From positions 168,465 through 232,464 of the IMG/VR virus record IMGVR_UViG_3300028413_000003: 64,000 bases of DNA. One strand, 5' to 3'. Source of the DNA: a virus. Lineage: Duplodnaviria; Heunggongvirae; Uroviricota; Caudoviricetes. Under the pieces are notes generated by a model. The model saw only the letters and a program-made list of their open reading frames with translations. It had not been told where the DNA came from and searched no databases. Numbering within the stretch: position 1 is the stretch's first letter; each line of letters begins with the position of its first letter. Shown here piece by piece: positions 28,601-39,019 of this stretch. A program made the translations under genes and the position numbers.

Positions 28601-31600
28601 GTCATATCCTTTTGATTTGTCTAAGTTATTGCTTATTTCGAAAGTACTTGCAAGCTGGGTGATACCATTAACTGTAACATTATACGAGTTGGTATTGATA
28701 TTTATTGGCCATTTTAAGTTAAATATTTCTCTAGAAGAGTTTCCTTCGAAGTTTTCTGTTTTACTCAACTCAGTAAACACATATGATCCGCTAACTCTAT
28801 CAAACTTAATAGTCATATGAAACGACCGCACATTACCATTGCCCATAATTGCAACAGCAGTTGCAGGAGTGCTTCCTGTTTCTTGACTACCAATTAGTGT
28901 AATAACCGGGGTGGAATAATACTTTTTACCTGGATTATCGACTACAATAGATTTAACAGAATCTTTGCTCAAGAAAGCCGAAGCTGTTGTTCCTCGGTTG
29001 TTACCAATTTCGACCCTAGGAGTTTCTCTGTAACCATTTCCGCTATTTGCTACATCAATTCTGATAATCTCATAGCCATTGTTTTCTGTCCACTGACTGA
29101 GCGTAGGCTGGAAGTATTCCGACACAAGATTGCTTACAGTGTCGCCGTCGAGCGTTGCCGAACTTGTTTCAATGTTTTTAGTTACATTATTATACGCAGG
29201 CGGCAAATCAAAGTCAGTGGTCAAGGACCCGGTAGGTTCTGTAAATTCATAAGAACTAATATATTCTCTAACCTTAGTGCTGTAAGGCTTTACTTCATTT
29301 ACATAATCTTCGTAATTTTCCAAGTTGTCGTTTTGGAATGTAACTTTTTGAGTTAGCTTGCCAAGGTTGTGCTTTGCTCTAACAAAGCTTGTTTTAAATG
29401 CCCAATCAATATTCGATTGCTCTGAGAATGCATATCTCATACTTGCAAAGAATAATTTATTCCACTCAACTGCTAAGTCGGCATCAAACAAATCGTCTCT
29501 TAGCGCAATTAAAAGATTTCTCAATTCAGTTACTGGCTCTCTGTCATAAAACGAGTTATCATAGATAGCTGCATCAAATCCGCTTGCAGTAGAAGCGTAG
29601 TCATAAATTTTAGTTGAAAATTGTATAGTGCCGTTTTCTCTACCTATCGTCTCATAATTGTCTGTGAAATCTTGGCCAGAAACATTACTGGTTTTTCTTA
29701 AAATAGTCCAGCCGCCTGTGCCAGTATTTTCAATTTTAATAGTATCTCCAATGTTAGTATCAAGGTCGTGCAGTTTGTAAGTTTGAGAAACAATAATATT
29801 AATTGGCGTTAGCGAATTGTAGCCGCCGGCGTACCAATCTGCATATTCCCAGTAACGAGCTGTATCAAACGATTGGTTGTTAGTTCTTGTCCAGGATTGG
29901 CTTGATACATCCCACGAATAGATTGCCCACCGGTTGCCAATTTCTACATCTGAACTAACTAATACACTAAATTTCCTAACTAATATAGTTGCAGTATCTG
30001 AGTAATTGTTTCCTTGAGATTTAATTTTAGCGCTGGTAATCTGTCCAATATTATTAATAGTTACGGTAATTGTTGCGGCTGTGCCGCTCCGGTCGCTGAT
30101 TATTATTTCTGGCGCAACAGTATATCCCCTTCCAGGATTTACAATGTTAACACCGACTATACGAGTATTTTCAATAATTGGAAGAATTTCTGCTCTCGCA
30201 GTTCTAGCAACGCTAACAAATTTCAACTGGTCAACGGTGTCCACAGTAGTATCGTATGCTCCGCTGTTAATATCCGGAATCTCGTCTTTTGACAATAAAG
30301 TGGAAAAATCCGTGTCGTCGACGACTTGATTTGCCATTAATACTTCATTGACTCTTTCAACTACTTGCTTAACAGCCTCAAGTCTGTTAACAAACATTCC
30401 CTGACGAGGAAAGTTTAGAACTCCGTAGCGTTGCTTGATTGGTAATGCAGGATCAGGAACAGAATTAGAATTTTGATCGTATCCAATTAAACTGTCAAAC
30501 CACTTGGTTTCTATTTCGTTGTTGATTATACTAGTATCAAGGCCTTCAGTAACTAGCTGGTATTCTCTATGCACATTGGTTTGCAGAGCTGGATCTGCTG
30601 CGAAGCTGTAATGCAATACAGTGTTTGATCCTTCGACCAAGCTGCTTGAGTTGTAAATTGCAAATTTATTTGTATCAAGAGGTGCTACAAAACGGTAACC
30701 GGATGATGCAGGATCTCTAATAAGTCCTGCAACGTCAATTGCGCTCAGTCTTCTCGAAGACAAGCTAGGAACCAGTCTGTTATTTCTAACCCAGTAAAAA
30801 TACTTTAGTGCAAAAGATCTCGAAACTCTATCATAAACTCTTTTTGAGCTGTATACGCTATTTCCATAAAGAGATATTCCACTAACTCCTTGTGCAAAAC
30901 CTTCGTTGGTATCGGATATAGCATTCCATTCTGTTGGAAGTAATTTACTGCCAACCCACTCGTATACATCAACTGAAGACCCTGCTGTGAGTTTGTTCCA
31001 ATTGTTTGCTCTATATTGCGAATCGCCCTGGTACGGGTTATACCAACTTACTGAATTTAAATTCCACCAAAGCTTGCCTACATAATCTTCAGTCCAGTTA
31101 GATGCATCGTCTACAATTGCTCCGTTGATTCCGTTAGTGTTTATTGAGTAAATTGCTGGATCGTAAAATGTTTTAAAATCTAATTCCTGTTCTGCAGGAC
31201 CGGCGATCTTTCCTTGTCGAGGATCAATTATGTCCAAGGTTGAAATAATATCATTTTTATCTTTTGAATACACAAAGCATTGTTGTATTTTTGAAATGTC
31301 AACTTTTCCTGATTCTTCTGTGAGTAGTTCCCAACTATTGGCTGTTTTATCTGCTCGTAGATCAACAAAGACTCCAACGCCTGGCTCGTTGTTTACAAGA
31401 TTTCCTTCAAAAATAGAATTTAAAGTCTCTGGTTTTAGTTTAGGAAAACCAATATAGAGATGGTTTTCAACTAGTTTAAAGTTTGAAATATTAGCTGGTA
31501 ATGTATTTCTATCGTAGCTTACATCTTCGCCAAATATGAAAGAGTGTCCTATCTTTTGGAACACAGCAATTCTGCCTGTGTCTTTTTTGATATTTACAAA

Positions 31601-34600
31601 TCTAGTTGTACCGCCGTCGACTGTTGTGCCAGACTCGTTGCTAGCAGAAGTTTGATCAAACACATATGTTGAATATACCGGAGAGTTAGTATTATCAAAC
31701 CCTAATTGGTATTCACTAATTAGCGTAAAGAAATTATCAAAAGAAGTTGTTATTCGTGTGTCAGTGTTTTTTCCTGAAATAGCAAGCTTGTTTAACGAAA
31801 AGCTTAATCCTGTTCCAAACGCTTCGTTCTTTTCATCAAACGGGCTATTTAACACTTGTGATAATACGTATTCAGATGTATTACTCTGATTATAAATATA
31901 AACTGCTCCGGCATCAATACCGTTATCGTCGTTACGAGGAGCCGAAATAGCAATCTGGTCGCCCGAATCGTTGATTGCAATAGCATAACCAAATCCTTCA
32001 GAGCTATCTTCTTCTCTGATCACAGGCATTATCGAATTATCAAAGGTTCCGTCGTCTTGCTTTCTGTAAACAGACATTTCTTTTGTAGTGCCAACTGGCG
32101 CCGAAGTTAGTACAACATCGCCTAATTTGTTTACAGCAAAGTTCTTAACTGTATCAATGGTAACATTATTATAAACCCAATCAGTTGTTGAATTATCAAA
32201 TACATAAAGTTTACCATTATCGTCATTGCTGCCAGGTGCTCCAACAAATAGCTTAGTAACACCGTGCTCGTCACTTTTTAATTCAATCTGATATCCAAAT
32301 TGTTCATTTTCTGCAGGAACTGGGCTGAAGATAGTTGCAGTATTACGATATGTAGCATCTTGTATTCTGCTGTATATAAACACTGCTCCTTGAGCAGATG
32401 GTCCGGCTGTTGAATCATCAATTCTTGTTGCGCCCGGTGCACCGACTGCAATAATGTCGCCTGTTATACTAATTGCTACATCAAACCCATAAAGGCTGTT
32501 TGATAATATTTCATCAGTTGCTGTGATTCCCTGTAATAATATGCTTGGAGAATTTTCAGAGAATCTTCTATAAATCCGCGTAACCGGATCAGTATCTTGA
32601 TTTGGAGATCCAATGACAAGTATGCTGTTGGATTCCGATGCAGCGAAACTTGATGCGTATCCGGTTTCGCTACCGGTTGGGTTTACTAACTCGTTGTGCA
32701 ATGAGAAAATATTACTATTTTCGTAAACTCCCCACTTTCCAAACTCTACATCATCAATCCAGACTGTATCATTTAAGTCAACTGTGATATCTGTGATATT
32801 TTTGTTAACATCGTCGGCGTCCTTAAAACGTCTGTTAACAAGCCTTGTGACAGCCAATGTTGTGCTATCTGTAAATGCAGGGATAGACACTGCGGCGTCT
32901 GTTACAATTGCTACTTCGTTAAGTGACGAATATGCTACTTTGAAGAAACCGTTGATGTCTGCAATTCCAGATGTAATTCCAATTATATCGTCTTCTTTAA
33001 AGTCTACATACTCATCAAAATAAACTGTGAATCCGTTACTATTTTGTGGTTCTCTCAGTAGGTTATCTGGCAACGAAGGAATAATGTTACTAACTTGGTA
33101 ATTAGAATTAACATGTCGCAACACTGTCCAGGATTGTTTGTCGTCCTTTACCCAAATAAATTCACCAATTAATATGTTGTCAATGGAAAGATTAAGAATT
33201 TGATCGCGACCAACTGAAAGATAGGATACATCCTTGTCTCTTACATATCCGCTGTCTTTGGTATAATTTTCTGTTCCCGATAGTTCAGTAAACAAATTAG
33301 CATGGTCATAATTATTTGGCTTAATGTAAGTTTGGTATGGAGCAATTTCATAAACAAGGTCAGTTCTAGACGCCGAGATGCTATTTACTAATTCTATTAA
33401 TTGTGGCTCTAATCGATACTTGCTTTCTTCGAGATTGTATTCAACCTCGGATACATTCTCGACTGCGCCATACTGTCCTACTCTAATTGCCCATTCTTCA
33501 AAAAACTCAAGACTATCTTTGTTAGCAGAACTAAGCGCATCAAACAACTTAGTAAGTGCATTTTTGGTTCCTTTATCCTGAATAAATCCTTGATAAAATT
33601 TGTACTGGCTGACGCTGTCTGAAATAATGTTAGCAAGATATTCTCGTTTTTGATAACCAATTAAGTGTTGCCCAAGGCGTTGTTGCTCACTGTCAAAGTT
33701 GTCAGTATCAAGGCTGTAGAAGTCTGTAAATTGGTTTACTCTATAATCCCAGTTAGGAAGTAGTTCTGGCTCGGGCCTTTTTGCAAGAATATTCCAGTAG
33801 TTAGCATCAAAGAAATCTGTGGCAGTGTGCTTTAAATTAGCTGCATAGAAAAATTCCTTGTATTTAACCACGTCACCGATTGCATAATCTGTCCACTCTT
33901 TCCAAAGTGTAACTTTTGCTTTATCGTATATAAATCCAGGTGCATTTAGGCCGCCGGTCCAGTCAGCAGTTCTGTAACCTACAACTTTAATACGTTCTTG
34001 ACGGTATCCTGTTTTTTTATCAAAGATAGTATCATTGAAAACAGTGGTGTTGTCAACTAGTATAATGTGTTCTTTTTGAACAAGTGGTAATTTAACTAGG
34101 AAAATACCATCCTCGGAATTAACTGGCTTAACACCAAATTCATTAGAATTGCTTCTAAATATATTTGTAAATTCCTTGCCAATGCGAGTTCCGTTGCCGG
34201 TTAGCAGATTATAATCGTAGAAGCTGTCGTGTACATTATCGACTACAAAGTACTCTCTTTCAAAAGAAACTTTATTTGCGACAGGGCTAACTGTTAACAC
34301 AGTTCCGTTGTCCCAATTTTGAGTTACCCAAAACATAAATTCTTGGATGCAAAGTTTCATATCTTCGACAGCAGATGTATCTTGATTAAAGAAATCAAAT
34401 ATAAAGCCTTGATTAATAAGATGATTTTCATACCCTGACATAAAGTCAACAACTTCTTGTACACTCGATAACAGTGTGCCATATGAAAAACTTGTTAGCG
34501 TGTCTTGAAATGTTTTACGCAAGCTAGCACTGATGCCGCCGACTATAGGAAGATTCGACAATACAACAAACTTACCAGAATCAAAAGTAGTTGTGCTAGT

Positions 34601-37600
34601 ATGGGTTATTTTTGTTCTGTAATATTTTCCTAAATATTCAACAACTGTTCCGCCAGTGTATCTTTTGTTTTCTGTCCAGTTAACAAACGATTCTGATATG
34701 CCGCCGACTGTGATTACAGGATCTGCGTTTTGCACAATAGGCTTGTTGAAGTTAAAGACTGGGTCTTCCTTATCGTATCCAGAAATAATGTATCCTAGTT
34801 CTGTCTTTTCAACGATTATGCCGCTAAGAACAACAATGTCAAGAGCATTGCTGGTAACAAATTCAATTTGGTAATTTTCGTCTGGAACAAATAAACTTGT
34901 CTTGTTTAACGGACTTCTGCTGTCCAGCAAAAGCTTTAGCTTGGTCTTGTCTCCGTAGCCGCCAAGCTTAACTGCTAGCTGATTGGTAAGATTTCGTAGT
35001 TTTTCTTTGTAGTCATTGTACTTTATTTCAGTCTTAGTAACCATGTATTCTGCAATATAATTAACCAGTCCGGACGTTAGTGCAGGAGCGCCATTTGTTG
35101 ACGTACTTGGCAATACCAGACTGCTAAGATTAATTGCTTTTTGGGTATCTGTATAGATGATATTTCCGGTTATATCTCGTTGAGTTCTGCTACAATCAAA
35201 TCCTAATCCAATTATCTTTGTTGGCTGAAGTAATGCCCATGCAGTGATCAGGCTAAACGGATATTCACTGGTTCTTCTCCAGGCTGTTTCAACAGGGGAC
35301 ATGTCGCCGAACTTAAAACTAGACTTACTGTTAGCAAGAGAAAAGTTTTGTGCAAGGCCAGATTCCAGTGGACTCAGAAGTCTTCCAAATTCGTCTACTG
35401 GTAGAAACTTTATCAAGTTAGGTCTTTTGTATTTAGAATCTCGTATAACCGACTTGTTAGGTTCTCTGAAAATTCCTTCTTGTAGGTCGTTCCAGAGTAT
35501 TCTGTTGTTGCTGGTGTAAGGGGCTGGACCATACACAGTTTTCCACCATGTTGGCATGATAGTAAATCCTAACATTTCCCACGGGCTAGTATGAGGAGAA
35601 TCTGTATCGTAATACTTCTTATAAATGCTTCTCCAAAAGCCGTCCAGTGAAATGCCGTCTAGATCATTTGTACTAGAGTAGTTGTATGTAAAAGTATTAG
35701 CCGGGTCCCAGAAGTCATGAGTTGAATAATCAACTGATCCTGAAATTTCCAACCACTGTGCAAAATCTGCAAGTATTGCAGTATTAATATTCTGTTTTGA
35801 ATATCCAGTATCTCTTGCATATCCCCCTACAAAGTCATGGATGTCAATTAAGTCTTTGTTGTTGTTACATTTAATGTTGTTGTATATACGTGTTTCTAAT
35901 TCTATAAGAAGGTCATCTCTGTAGTCATTGAATGCGATTGTTTGACTTCCGTCGTGGCCGCGAATCACCGATGTGGATTTAACGTAAGTTGAATCCGTGT
36001 AAACAGCGGGTTGGTATGCAGGGTAAAGACCTAACTTTGTTGGCGTTGGTGGAATATAAGATCCGTTGGTTGATTCATATTCGTATATTTCAACTATATC
36101 GCCGTCATTTAGCTCGGAGGTTATGTAAACAAATCCATTAATAAATGTGTAATCTCTTTCGTGCAGCAGCTGAATAGAGTTCTTGTAAACTCCTACAGAA
36201 AGAGATGACAATGTTGATAGAGTAAAATTGTTAGAAAGTGCAAAATATGCAGGGCCGGAATATTCAATTGTATGAATAGTTTTTGTTGCTGCACCAATAC
36301 CAATCATGTCGCTAAAGAAAAATGGCATGTTTGGTTTTTTGTCTTTTGAGATTCTTGACAGAATTAAGTCAACATGATCTTTGATGTTTCCGTCAAACCC
36401 GGTTGTTAATGATTCGTTGATAAAAGTTCTTTTAAATTTAGCATATTCCCGTCTGGCATATTTCAAGGACTTGATTATGTTTGCGTCTTTGTCTGTTATA
36501 TGGTATAGTGCCAGATTTACAGGGCCGCTGTGCTGAACAAACTTTTTACCATATTCTGTAATAGAGCCCAGGTCACGCAGGTTACTAAATCCTGGAAAAA
36601 TTCCAGAAAATCCTGTTATGTCTTCTACAATACTATCTAGGTGGTCGTTGACCTGACCTAGTGTAAAATCTGTTATGTTTTCATTTAATGGATTTTTCTC
36701 AAAATTGATTGGAATTTCGTAAAAGCCATTGTTGTTTTTAGGAGTTTTACTGTAGCACTTGAGTAACACTAGGTCGTCTACAGTTATGTCATCTGCAAAA
36801 ACAACTGTTGCTGTGCCGCTCTCATTTTCAATTGTGTAGTCACTACCAATGGACTTTCTAATACTGTTAACGTATACGCTTACACGAAGATCAGTTAATG
36901 TTCCGCTATTGTCAAAAACGTCAACTGCAAAATTATTTAATTGAGTATCAATATTATACTGCCTAACAACCGGTTGTTGGCTGTTTTTTACAGCCTTTTT
37001 CCATGCATTTTGATATACCGCATTATCGTTAGTGCTGTTGTAGTTTTTAAGATATCCTGTATCAGTAGAAAGTGTCAGTGGATTATTTAAAGAATCTTGA
37101 TAAACAAAGTCGTCATTGAGTAAATTAAAGTCAAAAACTATGTCTCCGACGTTTGCAATGTTTTTATACGTAAGTGGGAATCCTAGCTCAGGATCATTGG
37201 CGCCATTGCCAATTCTGTAGCTAAAAATTTTGTTACCAACAAAACTGTTTGCAGGATAAATCATAGTGTCAGTAAAACTAATTTCATTGTTGTTATACAA
37301 GTCAAACAACGGAGATTGATTTACACCTGTTTTTTCTTGTGACAAGAACCACTTTTCTCCGTCAAAGTAAAACATTTTTCCTCTGTGGTCAACTCCGGAC
37401 AACACTAGCACAACTTCATTAATTTTTGGAGTTGTTTCGTTAATTTCTATTAAACTAATTTGTTTTGTACCGTTGTGTAAAATAAAGTTGACTTCGTAAA
37501 TTTTTCCATTCACAGTACTGTCGTTGTCTGCTGTAAACAAAATGCGATGGCCGTCAACTAGGTTAACGTTGTCAATATAATAGCCAACACTTCCTTCAAT

Positions 37601-39019
37601 AGTCGAAAACACATCGGTTGTAAATGTGTCAACAAGGTCAACATTTAATTTTGCTTTTGTACCATGATTGATTAACTTTAAACCAGCTTCGAATTCAATA
37701 ATTGGCCGGCGTGCTCTTGCAGCTTCGTTTATATCCACAGGCAAGTTGTTGCATAATAAGCAAGTTTCGACAACGTTTCTGTGGAACCATCTGTTGTATC
37801 GTGTCCAGGGGTTTCTGTCAGCGCTGGCGCGATTGATAGTAATATAATCTTTGGTTCCAGGATAACTTGTTGCGTCGTCAAATGGGTATTGGTCAAATCC
37901 AATTTCCGGATCGTCAAACGGTACTTGAAAATTACTTGTAAAGATCGACGGAACTTCGAGATCAGATTCGGACACCAAACATATTTCTGAGCCAACGCCC
38001 TCAACATACCAATTGCCAGCGGCATATTTTTCAGGAGTTACAGTTCCCTGGAAGTACACCTTCATTCCATTACTTAGTTCAACATTTGTACTGGTCTTGT
38101 AAGTTTTTTTACCTATAATTTCTGCAGAAACATCAATTTTGGTATTGTCTTCAATACCAAACATCGAAAATACGCCGCTAGTATTAATATCGTTTTGGCT
38201 TATGTAATAAAGAGTGTCGGGTGCAGTCATTGAAACAGTAAACTCAATGATACCGGTCTCAACATAATCAGTATCCGAAGTTACGCCGTCGGTGTAAAGG
38301 GTACTTGTGTTGGTAAAGTCAGTGTCGCTGGTTAAGTCGTTGTCTGTGAAGTTTCTTAATACTGCAATAGCAATTGGATGACCAGGAGTGTTGATTTCAA
38401 AACGGTACGTTTGACCTCTGTACAACTTTAAATTTGGATTTCTAGTAAACCCGTTTGGAGTAAATACGTAGGCAAAATTGTCGCCGTCGTCTGCCAACGT
38501 AACGGTATACGTGCTAACAACTTTGTCGGATTGTCCTGCAATTGCAACGGGCACAGGGCCAGTAGGTAGCCAATAATATTCGCGGAAATTTACAAACTTA
38601 TCCCAATCAATGTGTGGGTTCCAGGCATAAAATTCCTGACTGTTAATCAAACTGTGGTTATCAACTGTGCCTTTGAAGTTTTTTAACTGAGCAATATAGT
38701 CATTGTAGTTCTTTAAGAATCCAACATTTTGAAGTTCGTCTTTGTAAACTGCAACTGGTTCAAACTGATAATTTTCTCTGTTAGCAGTAAAGTCTTGCAA
38801 AAAGTTGTCAGTAGGTTTTGTAGCTTTTGCATATCGATGTCCTGCATAAGCATCAATTTTTTCAACTACTCCAGGATTGATCATTTGATCAATTGTGCTG
38901 TTTATAAACTTTTTATTGGTATCTGTTCTAAAATATTTTGGTAAGAAGTTGCTAGCACTTTGGTCAACACGGTTGCCAACTGGCAATGAAAAGTCTTCTT
39001 GGTCTTTGTTGTATGCCAT
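25664..39019 (-). CDS. Giant (4451 aa) baseplate wedge protein, gp7-like position
   Basis: Directly follows the gp6-like gene; N-terminal FLP.YF.T...KF; FG-GAP-like propeller repeats, W....Y..G.VV.Y CBM-like motifs, NPG.GY repeats, many Ig-like V..NG domains. Confidence 0.7.
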   Translation of the reverse strand: MAYNKDQEDFSLPVGNRVDQSASNFLPKYFRTDTNKKFINSTIDQMINPGVVEKIDAYAGHRYAKATKPTDNFLQDFTANRENYQFEPVAVYKDELQNVGFLKNYNDYIAQLKNFKGTVDNHSLINSQEFYAWNPHIDWDKFVNFREYYWLPTGPVPVAIAGQSDKVVSTYTVTLADDGDNFAYVFTPNGFTRNPNLKLYRGQTYRFEINTPGHPIAIAVLRNFTDNDLTSDTDFTNTSTLYTDGVTSDTDYVETGIIEFTVSMTAPDTLYYISQNDINTSGVFSMFGIEDNTKIDVSAEIIGKKTYKTSTNVELSNGMKVYFQGTVTPEKYAAGNWYVEGVGSEICLVSESDLEVPSIFTSNFQVPFDDPEIGFDQYPFDDATSYPGTKDYITINRASADRNPWTRYNRWFHRNVVETCLLCNNLPVDINEAARARRPIIEFEAGLKLINHGTKAKLNVDLVDTFTTDVFSTIEGSVGYYIDNVNLVDGHRILFTADNDSTVNGKIYEVNFILHNGTKQISLIEINETTPKINEVVLVLSGVDHRGKMFYFDGEKWFLSQEKTGVNQSPLFDLYNNNEISFTDTMIYPANSFVGNKIFSYRIGNGANDPELGFPLTYKNIANVGDIVFDFNLLNDDFVYQDSLNNPLTLSTDTGYLKNYNSTNDNAVYQNAWKKAVKNSQQPVVRQYNIDTQLNNFAVDVFDNSGTLTDLRVSVYVNSIRKSIGSDYTIENESGTATVVFADDITVDDLVLLKCYSKTPKNNNGFYEIPINFEKNPLNENITDFTLGQVNDHLDSIVEDITGFSGIFPGFSNLRDLGSITEYGKKFVQHSGPVNLALYHITDKDANIIKSLKYARREYAKFKRTFINESLTTGFDGNIKDHVDLILSRISKDKKPNMPFFFSDMIGIGAATKTIHTIEYSGPAYFALSNNFTLSTLSSLSVGVYKNSIQLLHERDYTFINGFVYITSELNDGDIVEIYEYESTNGSYIPPTPTKLGLYPAYQPAVYTDSTYVKSTSVIRGHDGSQTIAFNDYRDDLLIELETRIYNNIKCNNNKDLIDIHDFVGGYARDTGYSKQNINTAILADFAQWLEISGSVDYSTHDFWDPANTFTYNYSSTNDLDGISLDGFWRSIYKKYYDTDSPHTSPWEMLGFTIMPTWWKTVYGPAPYTSNNRILWNDLQEGIFREPNKSVIRDSKYKRPNLIKFLPVDEFGRLLSPLESGLAQNFSLANSKSSFKFGDMSPVETAWRRTSEYPFSLITAWALLQPTKIIGLGFDCSRTQRDITGNIIYTDTQKAINLSSLVLPSTSTNGAPALTSGLVNYIAEYMVTKTEIKYNDYKEKLRNLTNQLAVKLGGYGDKTKLKLLLDSRSPLNKTSLFVPDENYQIEFVTSNALDIVVLSGIIVEKTELGYIISGYDKEDPVFNFNKPIVQNADPVITVGGISESFVNWTENKRYTGGTVVEYLGKYYRTKITHTSTTTFDSGKFVVLSNLPIVGGISASLRKTFQDTLTSFSYGTLLSSVQEVVDFMSGYENHLINQGFIFDFFNQDTSAVEDMKLCIQEFMFWVTQNWDNGTVLTVSPVANKVSFEREYFVVDNVHDSFYDYNLLTGNGTRIGKEFTNIFRSNSNEFGVKPVNSEDGIFLVKLPLVQKEHIILVDNTTVFNDTIFDKKTGYRQERIKVVGYRTADWTGGLNAPGFIYDKAKVTLWKEWTDYAIGDVVKYKEFFYAANLKHTATDFFDANYWNILAKRPEPELLPNWDYRVNQFTDFYSLDTDNFDSEQQRLGQHLIGYQKREYLANIISDSVSQYKFYQGFIQDKGTKNALTKLFDALSSANKDSLEFFEEWAIRVGQYGAVENVSEVEYNLEESKYRLEPQLIELVNSISASRTDLVYEIAPYQTYIKPNNYDHANLFTELSGTENYTKDSGYVRDKDVSYLSVGRDQILNLSIDNILIGEFIWVKDDKQSWTVLRHVNSNYQVSNIIPSLPDNLLREPQNSNGFTVYFDEYVDFKEDDIIGITSGIADINGFFKVAYSSLNEVAIVTDAAVSIPAFTDSTTLAVTRLVNRRFKDADDVNKNITDITVDLNDTVWIDDVEFGKWGVYENSNIFSLHNELVNPTGSETGYASSFAASESNSILVIGSPNQDTDPVTRIYRRFSENSPSILLQGITATDEILSNSLYGFDVAISITGDIIAVGAPGATRIDDSTAGPSAQGAVFIYSRIQDATYRNTATIFSPVPAENEQFGYQIELKSDEHGVTKLFVGAPGSNDDNGKLYVFDNSTTDWVYNNVTIDTVKNFAVNKLGDVVLTSAPVGTTKEMSVYRKQDDGTFDNSIMPVIREEDSSEGFGYAIAINDSGDQIAISAPRNDDNGIDAGAVYIYNQSNTSEYVLSQVLNSPFDEKNEAFGTGLSFSLNKLAISGKNTDTRITTSFDNFFTLISEYQLGFDNTNSPVYSTYVFDQTSASNESGTTVDGGTTRFVNIKKDTGRIAVFQKIGHSFIFGEDVSYDRNTLPANISNFKLVENHLYIGFPKLKPETLNSIFEGNLVNNEPGVGVFVDLRADKTANSWELLTEESGKVDISKIQQCFVYSKDKNDIISTLDIIDPRQGKIAGPAEQELDFKTFYDPAIYSINTNGINGAIVDDASNWTEDYVGKLWWNLNSVSWYNPYQGDSQYRANNWNKLTAGSSVDVYEWVGSKLLPTEWNAISDTNEGFAQGVSGISLYGNSVYSSKRVYDRVSRSFALKYFYWVRNNRLVPSLSSRRLSAIDVAGLIRDPASSGYRFVAPLDTNKFAIYNSSSLVEGSNTVLHYSFAADPALQTNVHREYQLVTEGLDTSIINNEIETKWFDSLIGYDQNSNSVPDPALPIKQRYGVLNFPRQGMFVNRLEAVKQVVERVNEVLMANQVVDDTDFSTLLSKDEIPDINSGAYDTTVDTVDQLKFVSVARTARAEILPIIENTRIVGVNIVNPGRGYTVAPEIIISDRSGTAATITVTINNIGQITSAKIKSQGNNYSDTATILVRKFSVLVSSDVEIGNRWAIYSWDVSSQSWTRTNNQSFDTARYWEYADWYAGGYNSLTPINIIVSQTYKLHDLDTNIGDTIKIENTGTGGWTILRKTSNVSGQDFTDNYETIGRENGTIQFSTKIYDYASTASGFDAAIYDNSFYDREPVTELRNLLIALRDDLFDADLAVEWNKLFFASMRYAFSEQSNIDWAFKTSFVRAKHNLGKLTQKVTFQNDNLENYEDYVNEVKPYSTKVREYISSYEFTEPTGSLTTDFDLPPAYNNVTKNIETSSATLDGDTVSNLVSEYFQPTLSQWTENNGYEIIRIDVANSGNGYRETPRVEIGNNRGTTASAFLSKDSVKSIVVDNPGKKYYSTPVITLIGSQETGSTPATAVAIMGNGNVRSFHMTIKFDRVSGSYVFTELSKTENFEGNSSREIFNLKWPININTNSYNVTVNGITQLASTFEISNNLDKSKGYDRYIGRIDFVNPPAIDTLIEIQYQKDINLLDAADRINFFYNPSTGMLGNDLAQLMDGVEYSGVTIDSFTFGIDQGWDIAGYGSLPWDTFDETNQDEIFVLDSSTTIFELSQPLEIGVEYNFYLNGTRIDDPNYGTLTPVTTVGAVMQTITGDGFSTTIVIDEELVTTIAGDIVVIRKSTSDGATIFSGYDTQLSGGNLGYTTATGIDSGEINIDGDGFVTPTTSKGPEELVPGEIRDTLDIQVYHRPSDGVGIIGTVNYNIDGSSVEFSLPAIPQTNDSVIVKLDNVILGNDLYTIDYTNRKIYFDDGTLQIGTNLAITTIGTNGINLIDTTNFYSDGTTTSVVTSAAWSDQVSALITVNGNVLTSGIDYILAETTAGDGFPNRVKIEFSVSALTTDDFVQYSLYSTLIQTYSQVTIDKTFTANNSNDYHKFDGTINTVPFNNKPISHNILVKVGNKILNPGYSVVYTTTDSRVYNIEEWQFSDNFITASDVFVFADHQQLDSSEYTYDAVNIRINLLTAQVAPAGTRLDIYVIKDAEYYFVDTQIIFDTDITAIVSTGDTLTLESAEDSTVYTGVVTSTNANTLTIQRQRTEIRESFLDNNNFSISANGNTTDVVVTTVSYVTSEGMTFTSPPQSADLVEIYQFSNHDINNFERITYKVITDSDITADSFDYATRNLVATGFIPLRGTIPNSSYAWIAVNGELLTPEVDYSLNSAGTTIELYKTPSEDDVIDVIQFGATPVTNKFGYRIFKDMLNRVHYKRLNQDNSYVLLNPLNYYDIRIMLEDATGMFQPNKAKNIPGVLFINGERIEYFEINGNQVQQLRRGTLGTGVKETYNAGTRAYGQGPDETVNYTDTILNQTIKSDGSTDIVLDYTPLSVDEIEVFVAGHRLRKASIERYNTSLHQDSPEGDNTVAAEFTLNGNTIVFNLDRNNITPADGELVSIIRKVGKVWNDEGKSLANTDNIIGNFLRNATIELPK

